Origin: Fistulifera solaris
Taxonomy: Eukaryota
Direction: 5' to 3'
DNA: 64,000 nucleotides
Assembly (NCBI GenBank): GCA_030295235.1
Contig: AP026125.1
Span: 620,001 to 684,000 of the forward strand
Of the stretch, positions 24,731 to 36,705 are shown in pieces. The position numbers and the translations under genes were made by a program. Every line of letters begins with the position of its first letter. Within the stretch, counting starts at the first letter, position 1. Below the pieces are notes generated by a model. The model had not been told where the DNA came from. It saw only the letters and a list, made by a program, of their open reading frames with translations, and made no database searches.

Positions 24731-25872
24731 ATGAGATTCCAGTCGACAATTACCGCCTCGCTCTTGGCGACAGCCTTCGGTTTTCAGCCCCAACAACAAC
24801 TCTCTGTGAGATCGACATCCACAGAACTCCATATGTCTTCTGTTTTACCGAAAGCCGCCGTCAAAGTTGTCACGATCGCTGCTGGAGCTGCCTTAGCTGG
24901 AACCGCTGGAGTGAAATTGATCCTCGACAAACCGTCTCGTACGTATGCTGAGGGATCCGTCGGGGATGAGTATGATGCATGGACGTCCGAGGGGATTTTG
25001 GAGTATTATTGGGGAGAACACATTCATCTGGGTTACTATACCCCTGAAGAAATGAAAGCCGGTTACAAAAGAAAGATTTTATTCAAGCGAAATACGATTT
25101 TATTGACAAAATGATGGAGTTTGGTGACATCGACCCCGCCCAGTTCAAGAAGGCCAAGGTTCTCGATGTTGGCTGCGGATTCGGTGGAACTTCTCGATAT
25201 CTCGCGAAAGCACTCGGGCCCAGTTCTCATGTAACGGGTATCACTCTGAGTCCGAACCAGGTCAAACGTGGTACAGAGCTGGCGGTAGAGCAAGGTGTTG
25301 CCGAAAACACCAAGTTTATGGTCATGGATGCCCTCAAAATGGATTTTCCCGACAACTCGTTTGATATTGTTTGGGCGTGCGAGAGTGGAGAACACATGCC
25401 TGACAAAAAGACATACATTGAGCAAATGATGCGTGTACTCAAACCTGGAGGCAAATTTGTCATGGCGTGCTGGTCGCAGCGGGAGGAAGGGGACCAACCC
25501 TTCACCAAACGCGACAAGCGTGACCTACAATATCTGTACGAAGAATGGTCACATCCTTACTTTGTTTCTATCAACTATTTCAAAAAGCTCATTGACGATA
25601 CTGGTGTGATGGGCGAAGTTAAAACCGCCAACTGGGTCGACGAAACGATTGCGTCGTGGCGCCATTCGGTGTGGGTCGGTATCTTTGATCCTCGTGGCTG
25701 GATTTTCAAACCAAAGCAATATTACAAGTGCGTCCGAGACGCTTACTGCCTCGAACGAATGCACCGCGCTTTCAAGCGTGGTCTCATGGAGTACGGAATG
25801 TGGGCGGCCACCAAGAAAGTACCGCCCGCACCCGCCGCCGAGACCAAAGAAGAAAGCTCGGAGTCTAGTTAA
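24731..25872 (+). CDS. Plastid SAM-dependent methyltransferase, cyanobacterial-type MPBQ/MSBQ methyltransferase (tocopherol/plastoquinone pathway); frameshift near 25068
   Basis: YDAWTSEGILEYYWGEHIHLGYY, VLDVGCGFGG and ESGEHMPDK; presequence AFG-FQP. Confidence 0.85.
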
Positions 25873-26054
25873 ATTATTACAGAATAATAGTTCTCAAAAG
25901 GATGTAAAGAAATCACAACAAGCAGCAATTATTTGCTTAGTCATTCTTTTTCGTAGCGTCCTCCATTGTTCGGCCTTGCACAATGTCCATAAACCGGGAT
26001 GACATGGTTGGGATGGCAGACTTTTTGTCGGTTTCGACAGTATCTGAATTAGAC

Positions 26055-27362
26055 TCAGTCACCAGGCACTGATCTTCCCCTGACGAGTCGGCAGAACTTT
26101 GCTCGGGGGGAATGGGAAAGAGCCGCCTTCACGAAGCCTTTCATTGCATCCCAGTAGGGCTGCCCGCCGTGCATGTGAGTATCATTATGTGTACCCTCGG
26201 GTACTATGTGCATCCGCACCAGACGTGATGGCTTGATTGACTGCAATTGAAACAATTCCAACATTTGCTCGTGTGGTACGAGTTCATCTTTGCCGCCCGC
26301 CATGTACAGCGTCGGTGTCTCCAAGTAGGGGGCGATCTTGGTGGAATCCCACCCAATTCTCAATACCAGAGCCTTGATCGGTGTAAGAAATGGCATGAGC
26401 TGATCAACCATGGCGGATATAGATGTAAAAGTATTTTCAACAATCACACCCGCCAACGGAATATCGTTTCGTTGCGCATAATCGGCTAAATGAAACGCCA
26501 CGGCTCCTCCCAGCGAGCGACCAAACAAAAATGCTTGCTTCGGATCGATCCGCGGGTGCGACTGGCAAAATTGTAAAGCCGCTTCGGCATCCAAACGCAA
26601 TCCTTTTTCACTGGGCCCGACATGGGATTCGCTGTCGCCGTAACCACGATACTCCACCAACAACACATTTGCTCGTAACTGCTTCGACATTTTAATAGCA
26701 TTCGGTAATCGCAAGCCAATGTTACCAGCATTCCCGTGAAAGAAGATGACCGTAGGGACTTTTTTGTTCACATTGTTGTCGTGAAAAATCAACCATGAAT
26801 GTATTTTGACTCCGTCGGGACACGGAATCATGATGGATTCAAAGGGAAGGTCGTCATATTCACTTGGTGATCGATAGCCTCTCGGATTGCGTCTGGGTGA
26901 CTTCGGTAACCCTCCAATGGTCGGAAAGTACAGCAAATTGTCTTGTTTCATGTAAAGAATAGCCGCCACTACAATCGCCACACCTCCGGTGAAATAACCC
27001 AGCCGACAGGCAAAGGTCACCAGTGTCGAGGAGAGAAAGCTACTTTGAGTCACAAGATTGTTGGGTTCTTCGGTCATGATGGTTCGTCTTTGGAGTAAAT
27101 GATGAGGATTGTTGTTTCTTCGAAGATCGAGGTCCGTCGAACTGTGCGGAACTAAAAATTCTTTTCGATCAATCGTCGCGTACGTTCTGTTCGTTAAGGA
27201 GCTGATTGTTCTTCCGAGCTCAAAGGAAGTGCACACACGCTTTTTTAATGAACCAGATAGCAATATAGACGACGACGACAAGACCCACAATGACCTCGTC
27301 TTCATCATTGTCATTTTGCTATCATTTCTTTCGTTTTTCATTGCGACGACGAGAAGGAGCAA
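26055..27362 (-). CDS. ABHD13-like alpha/beta hydrolase; start uncertain
   Basis: QDNLLYFP, FFHGNAGNIG, EYRGYG, GRSLGG, ENTFTSI, DELVP and HND. Confidence 0.88.
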   Translation of the reverse strand: MLLLVVAMKNERNDSKMTMMKTRSLWVLSSSSILLSGSLKKRVCTSFELGRTISSLTNRTYATIDRKEFLVPHSSTDLDLRRNNNPHHLLQRRTIMTEEPNNLVTQSSFLSSTLVTFACRLGYFTGGVAIVVAAILYMKQDNLLYFPTIGGLPKSPRRNPRGYRSPSEYDDLPFESIMIPCPDGVKIHSWLIFHDNNVNKKVPTVIFFHGNAGNIGLRLPNAIKMSKQLRANVLLVEYRGYGDSESHVGPSEKGLRLDAEAALQFCQSHPRIDPKQAFLFGRSLGGAVAFHLADYAQRNDIPLAGVIVENTFTSISAMVDQLMPFLTPIKALVLRIGWDSTKIAPYLETPTLYMAGGKDELVPHEQMLELFQLQSIKPSRLVRMHIVPEGTHNDTHMHGGQPYWDAMKGFVKAALSHSPRAKFCRLVRGRSVPGD

Positions 27363-27789
27363 ATAAGCGCAAAGCGCTCCTTGAGTTGCGGAGAGACAAC
27401 TTCAAGTTTTTTAGGACCGAGTCAGTCGTCTGGGCGGCGCTCGGCTCGGAAGTGGAGTGATGAGTGATGTCGGTCCCAGTACCGCATCGACTATAAATCA
27501 GATAGTAGACCCTGGCATACGTCATTCGCGTCATTTTGGTTTGTCAGATCGGTCTCCAGCCTACTTTTGCAGTCACGGTCATTTCGACGTTCGTGTACAC
27601 TCCGATCGATAATTGTTTGCAGCATTTATTCGTTGTCGTGTCCCGTGTGTCCCCCTTGTTGATTGCGCTCCAAAGACTCCGCGTTTATCACAACAACAAC
27701 GCGGCTCCGCTGTGTCGACGCAATTATTCATTCTTTCTTTTGACACTACGAAGACTTGCTCTCGCGAAATACAAGAACGAACGTAAACA

Positions 27790-29437
27790 ATGAGTGACGA
27801 CTGGGAGCTGAAGATCTGCTGCATGGGCGCAGGATATGTGGGAGGACCGACGATGGCGGTAATTGCCAAGCGATGCCCTAAGGTGCGTTGCGCTGCTGTT
27901 AGTAGTTTTCTTTCTGTTCTCGATAAGGCTTTATTATGAAAAGGGACACTTCGCACTGTGTCTGAGGTTTTGCGAGTCGGGTGAATGCCATTTCTTTTAG
28001 CATTTGTGCAGCCCGAAGAATTGCCGATCAATCTCACGACGTGCCTTCTCCTGCGTCAAACTCAATCTTCTCTACTTTGCCTACTTCCCTGCTTTACTTT
28101 AGATCCGTGTTTGCGTCGTGGACATCTCGCAAAAGCAAATCGATGCCTGGAAGACAGACGATCTTCCCATCTATGAACCAGGGCTTCTCGAAGTCGTCCA
28201 GGAGTGCCGCGGTCGCAACCTTTTCTTCTCGACAGACATCGCTACCGAAATTGAAGCTGCCGACATCATCTTCATCTCGGTCAACACACCCACCAAGACA
28301 CAAGGTATTGGTGCAGGCCGAGCCGCCAACATCAAAAACTGCGAGTTGTGTGCTCGCACGATTGCGGATGTTGCCACCACCGGCAAAATTGTCGTCGAGA
28401 AGAGCACCGTGCCCGTGCGTACCGCCCAAGCCATTGCGCGTGTCCTCCAGTCCAACGAAAAGGGGCTCAAATTCCAGGTTCTCTCGAATCCCGAATTCTT
28501 GGCGGAAGGAACCGCCATTGCGGACCTGATGAACCCCGATCGCGTCTTGATCGGAGGACAGCAGAGTGAAGAAGGCTTGGCGGCGGCCGCCAAATTGGTT
28601 TCGGTCTACGCACACTGGGTTCCTCGTGAACAGATCATTACCACGAATTTGTGGTCCTCCGAATTGAGCAAGTTGGTGGCAAATGCCTTTTTGGCACAGC
28701 GTGTGTCGTCGATCAACTCAATTTCGGCGCTCTGCGAGGCCACCGGTGCCGATGTCTTGGAGATTTCCCGAGCGGTCGGTATGGACGATCGCATCGGCAA
28801 GCGCTTCTTGCAGCCTTCCATTGGGTTCGGTGGTTCGTGCTTCCAAAAGGATATATTGAATCTGGTATACCTCTGTGAGACGTACGGTCTCAATGAGTGC
28901 GCGGCCTACTGGAACCAAGTCATCTTGATGAATGACTTTCAAAAGAAGCGATTCTCGGAGAAGATCGTGGCGAGCATGTTCAACACGGTGACGGGCAAGA
29001 AGATTGCCATGTTGGGATACGCCTTCAAGAAGGACACGGGTGATGTTCGCGAGACTCCCTCCATGTTTGTCTTGCGTGACTTGGTTCACGAGCAGGCCAA
29101 TGTTCATGTCTACGACCCTCAGGTGAAGCGCGAGGACATGTGGATCGAAATGGACTACACGTGCGGAATGAACAAGGACAATACTCCCCGACTTGAGGAG
29201 TCGGTCGTGACGGCCCCCGACGCCTACGCTGCTTGCGAAAAGGCTCACGCCCTTCTCATCCTGACGGAATGGGATGAGTTCAAAACGTACGATTACAAGA
29301 AAATCTACGATTCCATGATGAAACCTGCCTTTGTTTTTGATGGACGTAACTTGCTGGATCACGATGCCCTTCGTGCGATTGGTTTCGAAGTACATGCTCT
29401 CGGAAAGCCCGATCCGTTGAAATTCTCTGACCTTTAA
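27790..29437 (+). CDS. UGDH: UDP-glucose 6-dehydrogenase; intron 27883-28102
   Basis: [46 protein letters not shown] and FDGRN. Confidence 0.96.
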
Positions 29438-30655
29438 GAAATCAGTTTTACCGGTGTTTCCGCAACAGATTGAAGTAAACAAAGAACAATGCACCTGTGG
29501 CTTGAGTTAAACATAATAAAGGTTAATTATTAGTGTAAAAGTCTCCGCCGTGTGTATTTTTAGTTCGACAACGAACGAAAATGTAACTATGACGATGGTG
29601 TTTAGAAGATTGATTTTGACGCCCCCTATTGGTTTTCGACCCTTTAGACAGATAGGGTGGAAAGTAGCTTCACCTGTTCAATCTTAATTGTAGAAACGAG
29701 GACGCTGCGAGAAAATGCTTTTGATTTGTGAATTGAGCACGCAAAGAACCGTGTAATGTATAATCGGATAATAGATATTCTCGCTGCTAATTCTGAATCA
29801 AGCGAGTTATAGCGTAAGCCAAGCATACCTTAATACTAAGGAAATTTCCATTCTCTGAGCGGCGAAAAGTGTTGCACGGATCTCGTTGCTCTTAGTAATA
29901 CGGAGTACCTTGTATCAGGTACTGGAAATGAATGCAATGATTTAACTTACCACGACTGCATTTCAGTCATGAATCAATATTCTTCCATGCTTTATTGCTA
30001 CCAGCTACCAGGTACCTAACATTCGTTCGTTCGTCATATTTCTTGCTCGACGTTTGCTTTTACCATCGTTAAACTATTTATACCGCACTTACAATTCATG
30101 CATTGAATCTTTACGGTATCTTTGTTTTCCCATCGACACTAGGCATAAAGTGTAGATTACTTTTTTCACGACTGCATTTCAGTCATGAGTATATTTGTTC
30201 CTGAAATCGACAGCTAATCCTGCTACAAGGTAAATACAGACTCTCTAACAACTCGGGAAGCTAAGTATTCGTATCAAAGTTTACTCATTTTCATCAGCCT
30301 CTTCAGAACGACTTTATAATGATGATGTTGCGTTGACTCACCAGGATCTTTAGGACTCGGGACTAAAGACCATGACTGACTTTTCATGACCGGTATCCGA
30401 ACGGACAATCGGCTACTTTGCTCAGATAGTGTAGACTGCCACTGTATGTTTTACTGTAATAGAACGGCCGCGCTCTTTGTAATTAGCTCATTCGTCGTTA
30501 GTCGTTAACGAGAAAAAGATTTTTGTGCGTCCATTATTAGTGATCTTTTTCAATAAACCGTTCCGGGGAAATAAGCTATCTTCAAAGAGCTGTATCTTGA
30601 CTGTATTGGAGTGGAGAAAGAAGTTGCGCTGCGCTGCTAATAACGGAGATCGACG

Positions 30656-32778
30656 ATGAGAATACTTTTCTTTTATGTTTTTGCCGTGTCGACTATCGTA
30701 GCCTCCAGCTTGTCGCTTTTTCCGCGAATGTTTTGTCGAACGAAAGGGACAGCAACACTTCGGCAGCACTTTCAAACTTTCTCTTTTGCTGAAAAATCTT
30801 TCCTGATGTTTTCTTCTTCTTTTGATGGCGAAGATAACATGAATCTCACAAACTCGTCGATATCTGCATCCGAGTACATGGAAATGGCGGCCCGTTATAA
30901 GAAAAGAGCGAAGGAGATCATGGACGAGGCAATAGAACTAGAAGCACAGCAACAAGTGAAAAAAGCAATAAAGACGCAACAGCAAGATCAAGCGAACCAA
31001 GAAGCTATCCGACGTTTCTTTTCGTCAACCAAGAATGTTTCTTCACAAAGTGTGTCGGAGCTACTGGAAAGGAGCGATGGACTGTGGATCAGCTTATTCC
31101 TATTGTACATACGCTTTATGAGCGAGAAAAATCCGCCATCGCTGCGAACAATACCGAGCAGCTGGAAGTGGCTAGATCCCTGTTACAAACAATTTTGGAT
31201 GGCGCCGCTATTACAGACGGGAAGAGGGGAGTCGAAAAGTTGGGCGATAAATCTTCGCGATGGTCAGGGAAGGGTTTCTCGACTCTCAAAGCGCAATTAA
31301 AAGAATGGCGTCGCAAAGATGAAGACAGCTTTCAGCGACGTTTGGCATCGGACTTATACGATGCGATCAAAAGCAATACCACCATTGAAAAGTACATCAA
31401 AAAGTCGTTAGGTCTGGCTACGGAAAACGAAGAAGAAACGGATGGGACGCCGATTGCAAGTAACCAGATGTCAGTTACAGTGCTTCCTTATTGGATTCCT
31501 ATGTCACTTTTACCATACATTGTTGCGGCAAAGACCTTGTTGGACCGGAAGGACGTTGAGGATATCAAGGAGAAAGTACTATCGTCAAGTCGCTTTTACT
31601 GCACATCATCAGAATCCGTCCCAGTAGCCGCTTTGTTCAGAGGAAATATTCGCTTGAAGGGGGCATTTACAGAGAACGATAATTCACAACTGGTGGCAAA
31701 CGTATTTGACGAAATCCAGCAGCTGATGAGGGAAAAATCATTATCTTCGCGAGTGCAGTTATTTGTCATGCCTGATCCTGAGTGGGTACCCGACAGAGAC
31801 AAGCGAGAGCCCAAACCCAAACCAGTGATTTTGGCGCTTCCAAGAGCCGTGGTACCGGATGATGCGTTAGCTGGTCGATCCAAAATCCGAAAATTGGTGT
31901 TAAGCGTGGTGGCTTTCACGGCGTTTGCTAGCATATGCAATTTTGCGCTCAGGTGCTATTCCTTGAACTGGACCTTCTATTCATCCATTATTCAGGCGAA
32001 CAACTTCAATAATGCCTTGTCTTGCTATCCCATTGTCGCTGGTATTATAGGCGTCCAAGCAGCACACGAAGTAGCTCATCTGGTTGTTGCACGAAGAAAT
32101 GGTATCCGAACAGGAAGGCCTGTGCCGATTCCCTCTCCGTATTTACATGCAGGGCTGTTTGGTTGCATAACCCCGCTACGGAGTTTTCCTCGAAACCGGA
32201 CTTCGCTCTTTGACTGGGCTCTGAGCGGGCCACTGACGGGCATCATAATATCCGTGCTTCTTATGATTTTTGGTTTGCATCATACTGTGAATGCTTCCCA
32301 TGCAGCTTTGTCACGATTCCCAGTAATTTCTATCGCCGAACTGAAATGCAGTTTTCTTGTCGGATCAATAACTTCGCTCATCGCCCCCAAGGTTATGATG
32401 CTACCAAATTCGCAACCAATTCCCATGCATCCACTATTCATGGTCGGCTTCACAGGACTTTTGTCGTCTGCTCTGAACATGCTGCCGGTATTTCGCTTAG
32501 ACGGAGGTAGGGCTTGCACGGCAGTTTTAGGAACTCGTACAAGTGCCCTGGCGTCGTCGTGGACTTTGTTGATGTTGCTTTCGGCAGCCTTGTCAGGAAG
32601 CAGTATTTTTGGCTATTGGGCAGCACTTATTATTTTCTTTCAACGGCGACAAGATATCCCTGTCCGTGATAGTGTCACCCAAGTTAACGATATGCGCGTG
32701 GCTGCTTGGATTGCTTCTCTTGCTACCAGTCTTCTTGCTCTGCTACCTTTTCCAGGGGGTCCATTTCCCTTGCTATGA
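30656..32778 (+). CDS. Peptidase M50 (site-2/EGY-like) intramembrane metalloprotease; frameshift near 31070
   Basis: AHEVAH (HExxH), LFDWALSGP and NMLPVFRLDGGR; N-terminal signal peptide. Confidence 0.85.
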
Positions 32779-32916
32779 ATCGCAATACCTACGTTCGGCT
32801 TAGAGACAAAGCTTTGCAAAAGATATATAAAGTTATAGGAATTGTAATTAGACATCTGATCCCGTTATGCAAAAGTTCGTGTGATCAGCACCATTACGCT
32901 GGGTCGAAAAGGCGGC

Positions 32917-34290
32917 CTATTCCAGCATGGGTGCAGATTGCAATCGATCGCGCTGATAGCTAATATTGTGGCTACCGCATTGAAAACTAGTCACAGCAGC
33001 CGACTGATCCACCAGTCCGTAGCTGTTGAAAAGGCGCCTTGGGCTTCCATCACCAATTGGAGAGAGGATAAGGTCTTCACCGAAGGAATCGGAGTTATCC
33101 TCCATGTTTCCTTGCCGATAGGACTTTTCAACATCCATAGCCATATTTGTATCGGAGTTGCGGCGAACATGCATGATTCGATGTTGACGATGTGGGGAGG
33201 GTGATAAATCAAATCCATCAAAGAACATATCTGGAGCTGAATTGTTCATTTTTTGAAAGACCTCGGCTTGGTTGTCCGCCTCATAGGACCATCCTCCTAA
33301 GTTAGGACAAGAATTGTTGAAGATCGCCGATGAAACAACTTGAGGCGGTTGTACATGCTGAGACTGTTGCTGAAGCTGTTGCCCGATATGGTAGGGCAAT
33401 TGCATCATCTGCGGTGGCTGTGATCGCAACCCGTTCAATTCCACTACTGAACGTGCCGACTGATGACCGACAATGTCAATTGTTGCCTTGGGCCCGCCAA
33501 ATCCTGCCGTTAGCTCTGCATCTAAAGCCCCTAGAAGCGAGTCCTGGAGCGGTTCATAATTTCGAGAATGTACCATGGATGGCTTCCCCATGTGCAGTCC
33601 CGTAGGATCGAAGCTCAACGAACTAGAAGAACCTTGTAGAACAGAGCTATGAGAACTGTGATTTAGAGAGCTGTGCGAGCTGTGATCCAGATAGCCATGA
33701 TCAAGATAGCCCTTTTCACCGTGTTCGGCTTGACGGCGCTTCTTTTTGGCTGTGTTACTAGACTTGTACTGGTCGTGAAGTGCATCTCGGAAAGCCTGAG
33801 AGGTCTTCTCTCGGGCAAGGAAATCGCCAACCTCATACCAGCGACCGCTGGATGAGTCTCGTTTTACAAACCCTCCTTGGGGGCTTCGCTGGCGAACCTC
33901 ACAGACGATATCCGAGAGTATATAGGATTTCTCGAGCTTAGCGGCTGCGTTGGAGTATTCCTCAAGCCGGCTCTCAACCAACTTACGGAAACGTTCGTTC
34001 CCTACATGATTAAATGCTTTACGGCCACCTGTGAAAAGAAGACGGAAAGGTAAGTCACTGTGGAAATACAACTTTTAACAAAGGAAATTTTAACGTACGG
34101 CCGCCTGTGGAAGAAAGATCGAAGGTAAGTAATGTTCACAACAAAGCAAAGGGCACGAGTCATAGACACCATCTAACTTACAAATAACATCCCATTCTCC
34201 CGGAATATAATGTCGGGGCAGGGCCGTCATGTTCTGTCCAGCAACTCCCTGTACTTCGCTTTCACTTTCCGAATCATTTGAGTCGTTCAT
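32917..34290 (-). CDS. DUF6824-type protein, paralog 1; exons 34290-34182, 34104-34099 (microexon) and 34028 downward
   Basis: WDVICGRGRKAFNHVGNERFR, GGFVK and AREKTSQAFRD. Confidence 0.85.
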
Positions 34291-35376
34291 TGTAATTAAA
34301 TGCGTATTGTTGTGACCTTGACAAAAAGTTTACGATGTTGCGTGCTCGTGATCCTCGACTAGCTGACGTTCCGTTTCGTAATTGTTTTGATCGTATTTGT
34401 TTATCAATATTCGTTCGCAAAGCTCCTTGCTTTGCTACAGCTGAATAAGTCTATTGAAACAACGATCCTATTTCAAAAGATGATCATGTAACATCATCAT
34501 GGTGTGGCTTATCACCGCGATGAAGGCTATTCGTAATTACCGCAGGTGGCCAAACCAAGGGGCTAATTTACTCCATGTGCCCATGCGAAAATCTCGGAGT
34601 GGAAGTATCGATCTAAAATGTAAAGTCATTAGTCAGTCGTGCTGCTCAATGTCCTATAGTAAAATAGTACATTTTGTAAGTAAATGACAGTCATTCTAGT
34701 CACGAAGCTAGTTTAGTGCCCACTTTATGTAGACATTAGACATTAAGCACTGGGACATTGAGAAACTATGAAATTTATGAAGAATGTAGTATGTAGTTAA
34801 CGATGTTATTGGGCCTTGTGCTAAGTTTTTAGCGTTTCAGTATCTACATTATCCATTTATTGCTTGTAAAATAAGGCGTTTGACAATCTGTACGCAAAAA
34901 TAAATATATTTTGAATAATTTCAAATTTGTTCTTGAAAACGAACGAAATCGCGTTGGGCTTGCGTCGCGCTGAGACAGAAGGCTGAAATCATAAAGACGA
35001 TTGACATTGGGACATCCTAAACCGTTCGGTATGACCATGATCCATGACCGTGACTTAGGTCTACCATTCATTCGTTTTGCACGAAACACAAAATAATGGT
35101 AAACGCCGAACGATGTACCATAGTTTCCAAAGTGGATAAGAATTCATTAGCATCAATCTGACCTGCGCCTCGCATCCGGTTATTCTGAGGGCTGCGCTGC
35201 TAGGATGCAATAGACGACCTTTTCAAAAAAGGGGTGTGTGCCGTATTATAGTCGTTGGAATGGCCGTCACAGCAAGTCGACAAAGCGCAATTGACATCCA
35301 GGAACGAAGCATGGTACAACAAATCAAGCCTCTGTACAGACAAATCATTCTGGCTCTATTTTTATAATGAATAGTA

Positions 35377-36705
35377 CTATGATGAACCTTGTCTGCCACC
35401 TCCGAGTGGCACGGGCTCGTAGGGATCGTCGGAAAGTTTGTATTCGGTGAGTTTGTCCAGGCACTGAAGAAGCTCCTGATCATCAGGGGACGTCTTCTTC
35501 GATTTGCGAGAGCTTACTCGCTTGCTGGGTCGGCTTGCTACGTCTATTGGTTGAGCACTCAGCAAAGGCGCCCCTGAATTTACCTGTGGTGGCTGACTGC
35601 CAAACTCGGGTTCAAACTCCAATGCAAAGGCTTGACTTGAATGCTGCTGAACAGGTTGTCGCTCGAAACGAGCCTGATTTAAAGTCGAATGTCGAATCGC
35701 TTGCAGTTGCATGTCATACTGCGTCGGAGCCGCGAAGATGCTTTGGTTAGCTTCCGGATTGTAATTGAAATGCATATTCGGAAGAGAGTGGTGCATTTGA
35801 TCACGAAAAGCTGTCGTTGATGCATTCATATCGTAGCGCATATCAGGTAGGGAATTGAAATTTGACGAGCTGTCACCCTCAAACATTAGCTGGAATGGAC
35901 GTTGATTACCCACAAAGGAAGAGGCGCCGGCTAAAAGCTGGTCAGAAACGCTGAAGCTTCGATTGCCAAAAGCATTCAAAGTGTGCGATTCAGCAGGTGA
36001 AGGACCCAAAGGCGGTAGGGCGGAACTTGAATGAAAGCTACCGGGAACAGTGAATGCTGGTGTAATGCTTGAATTCGACTGATTCGTCAACTGCAGTGAT
36101 CGCGGAAAGGGAAGCAAACTCTGTTGTGAATCCATTGCATAGTTCTGCGAGAAAATTCCCGTGGAAAGCTCTATTCGTGGGCGCCTGTCGGTTTCCGAAT
36201 AAGTTTGCATCATTTGAGACCTGTCAGAAAATTTCATCACTTCTTTTCTGCGCTTTTTCTTGGAGACATTACTCGATTTATATCTCTCATGTAGCGCATC
36301 ACGAAACGCTTGCGATGTCTTTTCTCTCGCTAAAAAGTCGCCTACTTCGTACCACCTTCCAGAATCATCTTGTTTCACAAAGCCTCCACCGGGGCTTGCG
36401 CGGCGTACGTCGGCAACAACTCGATTAAGAACGGCGGACTTGTCGAGCTTGGTCTTGGCCCTCGAATATTCGTCGAGGACTTTTTCCACCCTAGATTTGA
36501 ATAGCTCATTCCCTGCATGACTGTAACACTTCTTGCCTCGACCACAAACAACATCTTGTATGGTTGGTTGGAAATCCTCCGCTAGAAAATTTAAGGTTGA
36601 TCCTGATCGCTGTTTCATTGACACGAGAGAATTATTCCGGCTTTGCCCGTCGTGACTTTCTACCTCACTCGCAATTGACGAATCACATGGCTCCGGTCGC
36701 TGCAT
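35377..36705 (-). CDS. DUF6824-type protein, paralog 2 (intronless)
   Basis: DVVCGRGKKCYSHAGN, GGGFVK and WYEVGDFLAREKTSQAFRDALH. Confidence 0.87.
   Translation of the reverse strand: MQRPEPCDSSIASEVESHDGQSRNNSLVSMKQRSGSTLNFLAEDFQPTIQDVVCGRGKKCYSHAGNELFKSRVEKVLDEYSRAKTKLDKSAVLNRVVADVRRASPGGGFVKQDDSGRWYEVGDFLAREKTSQAFRDALHERYKSSNVSKKKRRKEVMKFSDRSQMMQTYSETDRRPRIELSTGIFSQNYAMDSQQSLLPFPRSLQLTNQSNSSITPAFTVPGSFHSSSALPPLGPSPAESHTLNAFGNRSFSVSDQLLAGASSFVGNQRPFQLMFEGDSSSNFNSLPDMRYDMNASTTAFRDQMHHSLPNMHFNYNPEANQSIFAAPTQYDMQLQAIRHSTLNQARFERQPVQQHSSQAFALEFEPEFGSQPPQVNSGAPLLSAQPIDVASRPSKRVSSRKSKKTSPDDQELLQCLDKLTEYKLSDDPYEPVPLGGGRQGSS

Noticed and set aside
27883..28102. Possible intronic ncRNA in the long UGDH intron (tcggg...cccga stem)
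   Set aside because: Only one imperfect stem and no convincing H/ACA or C/D boxes
28094..29494. Long antisense ORFs over UGDH and other genes
   Set aside because: Shadow ORFs caused by codon bias of the sense gene
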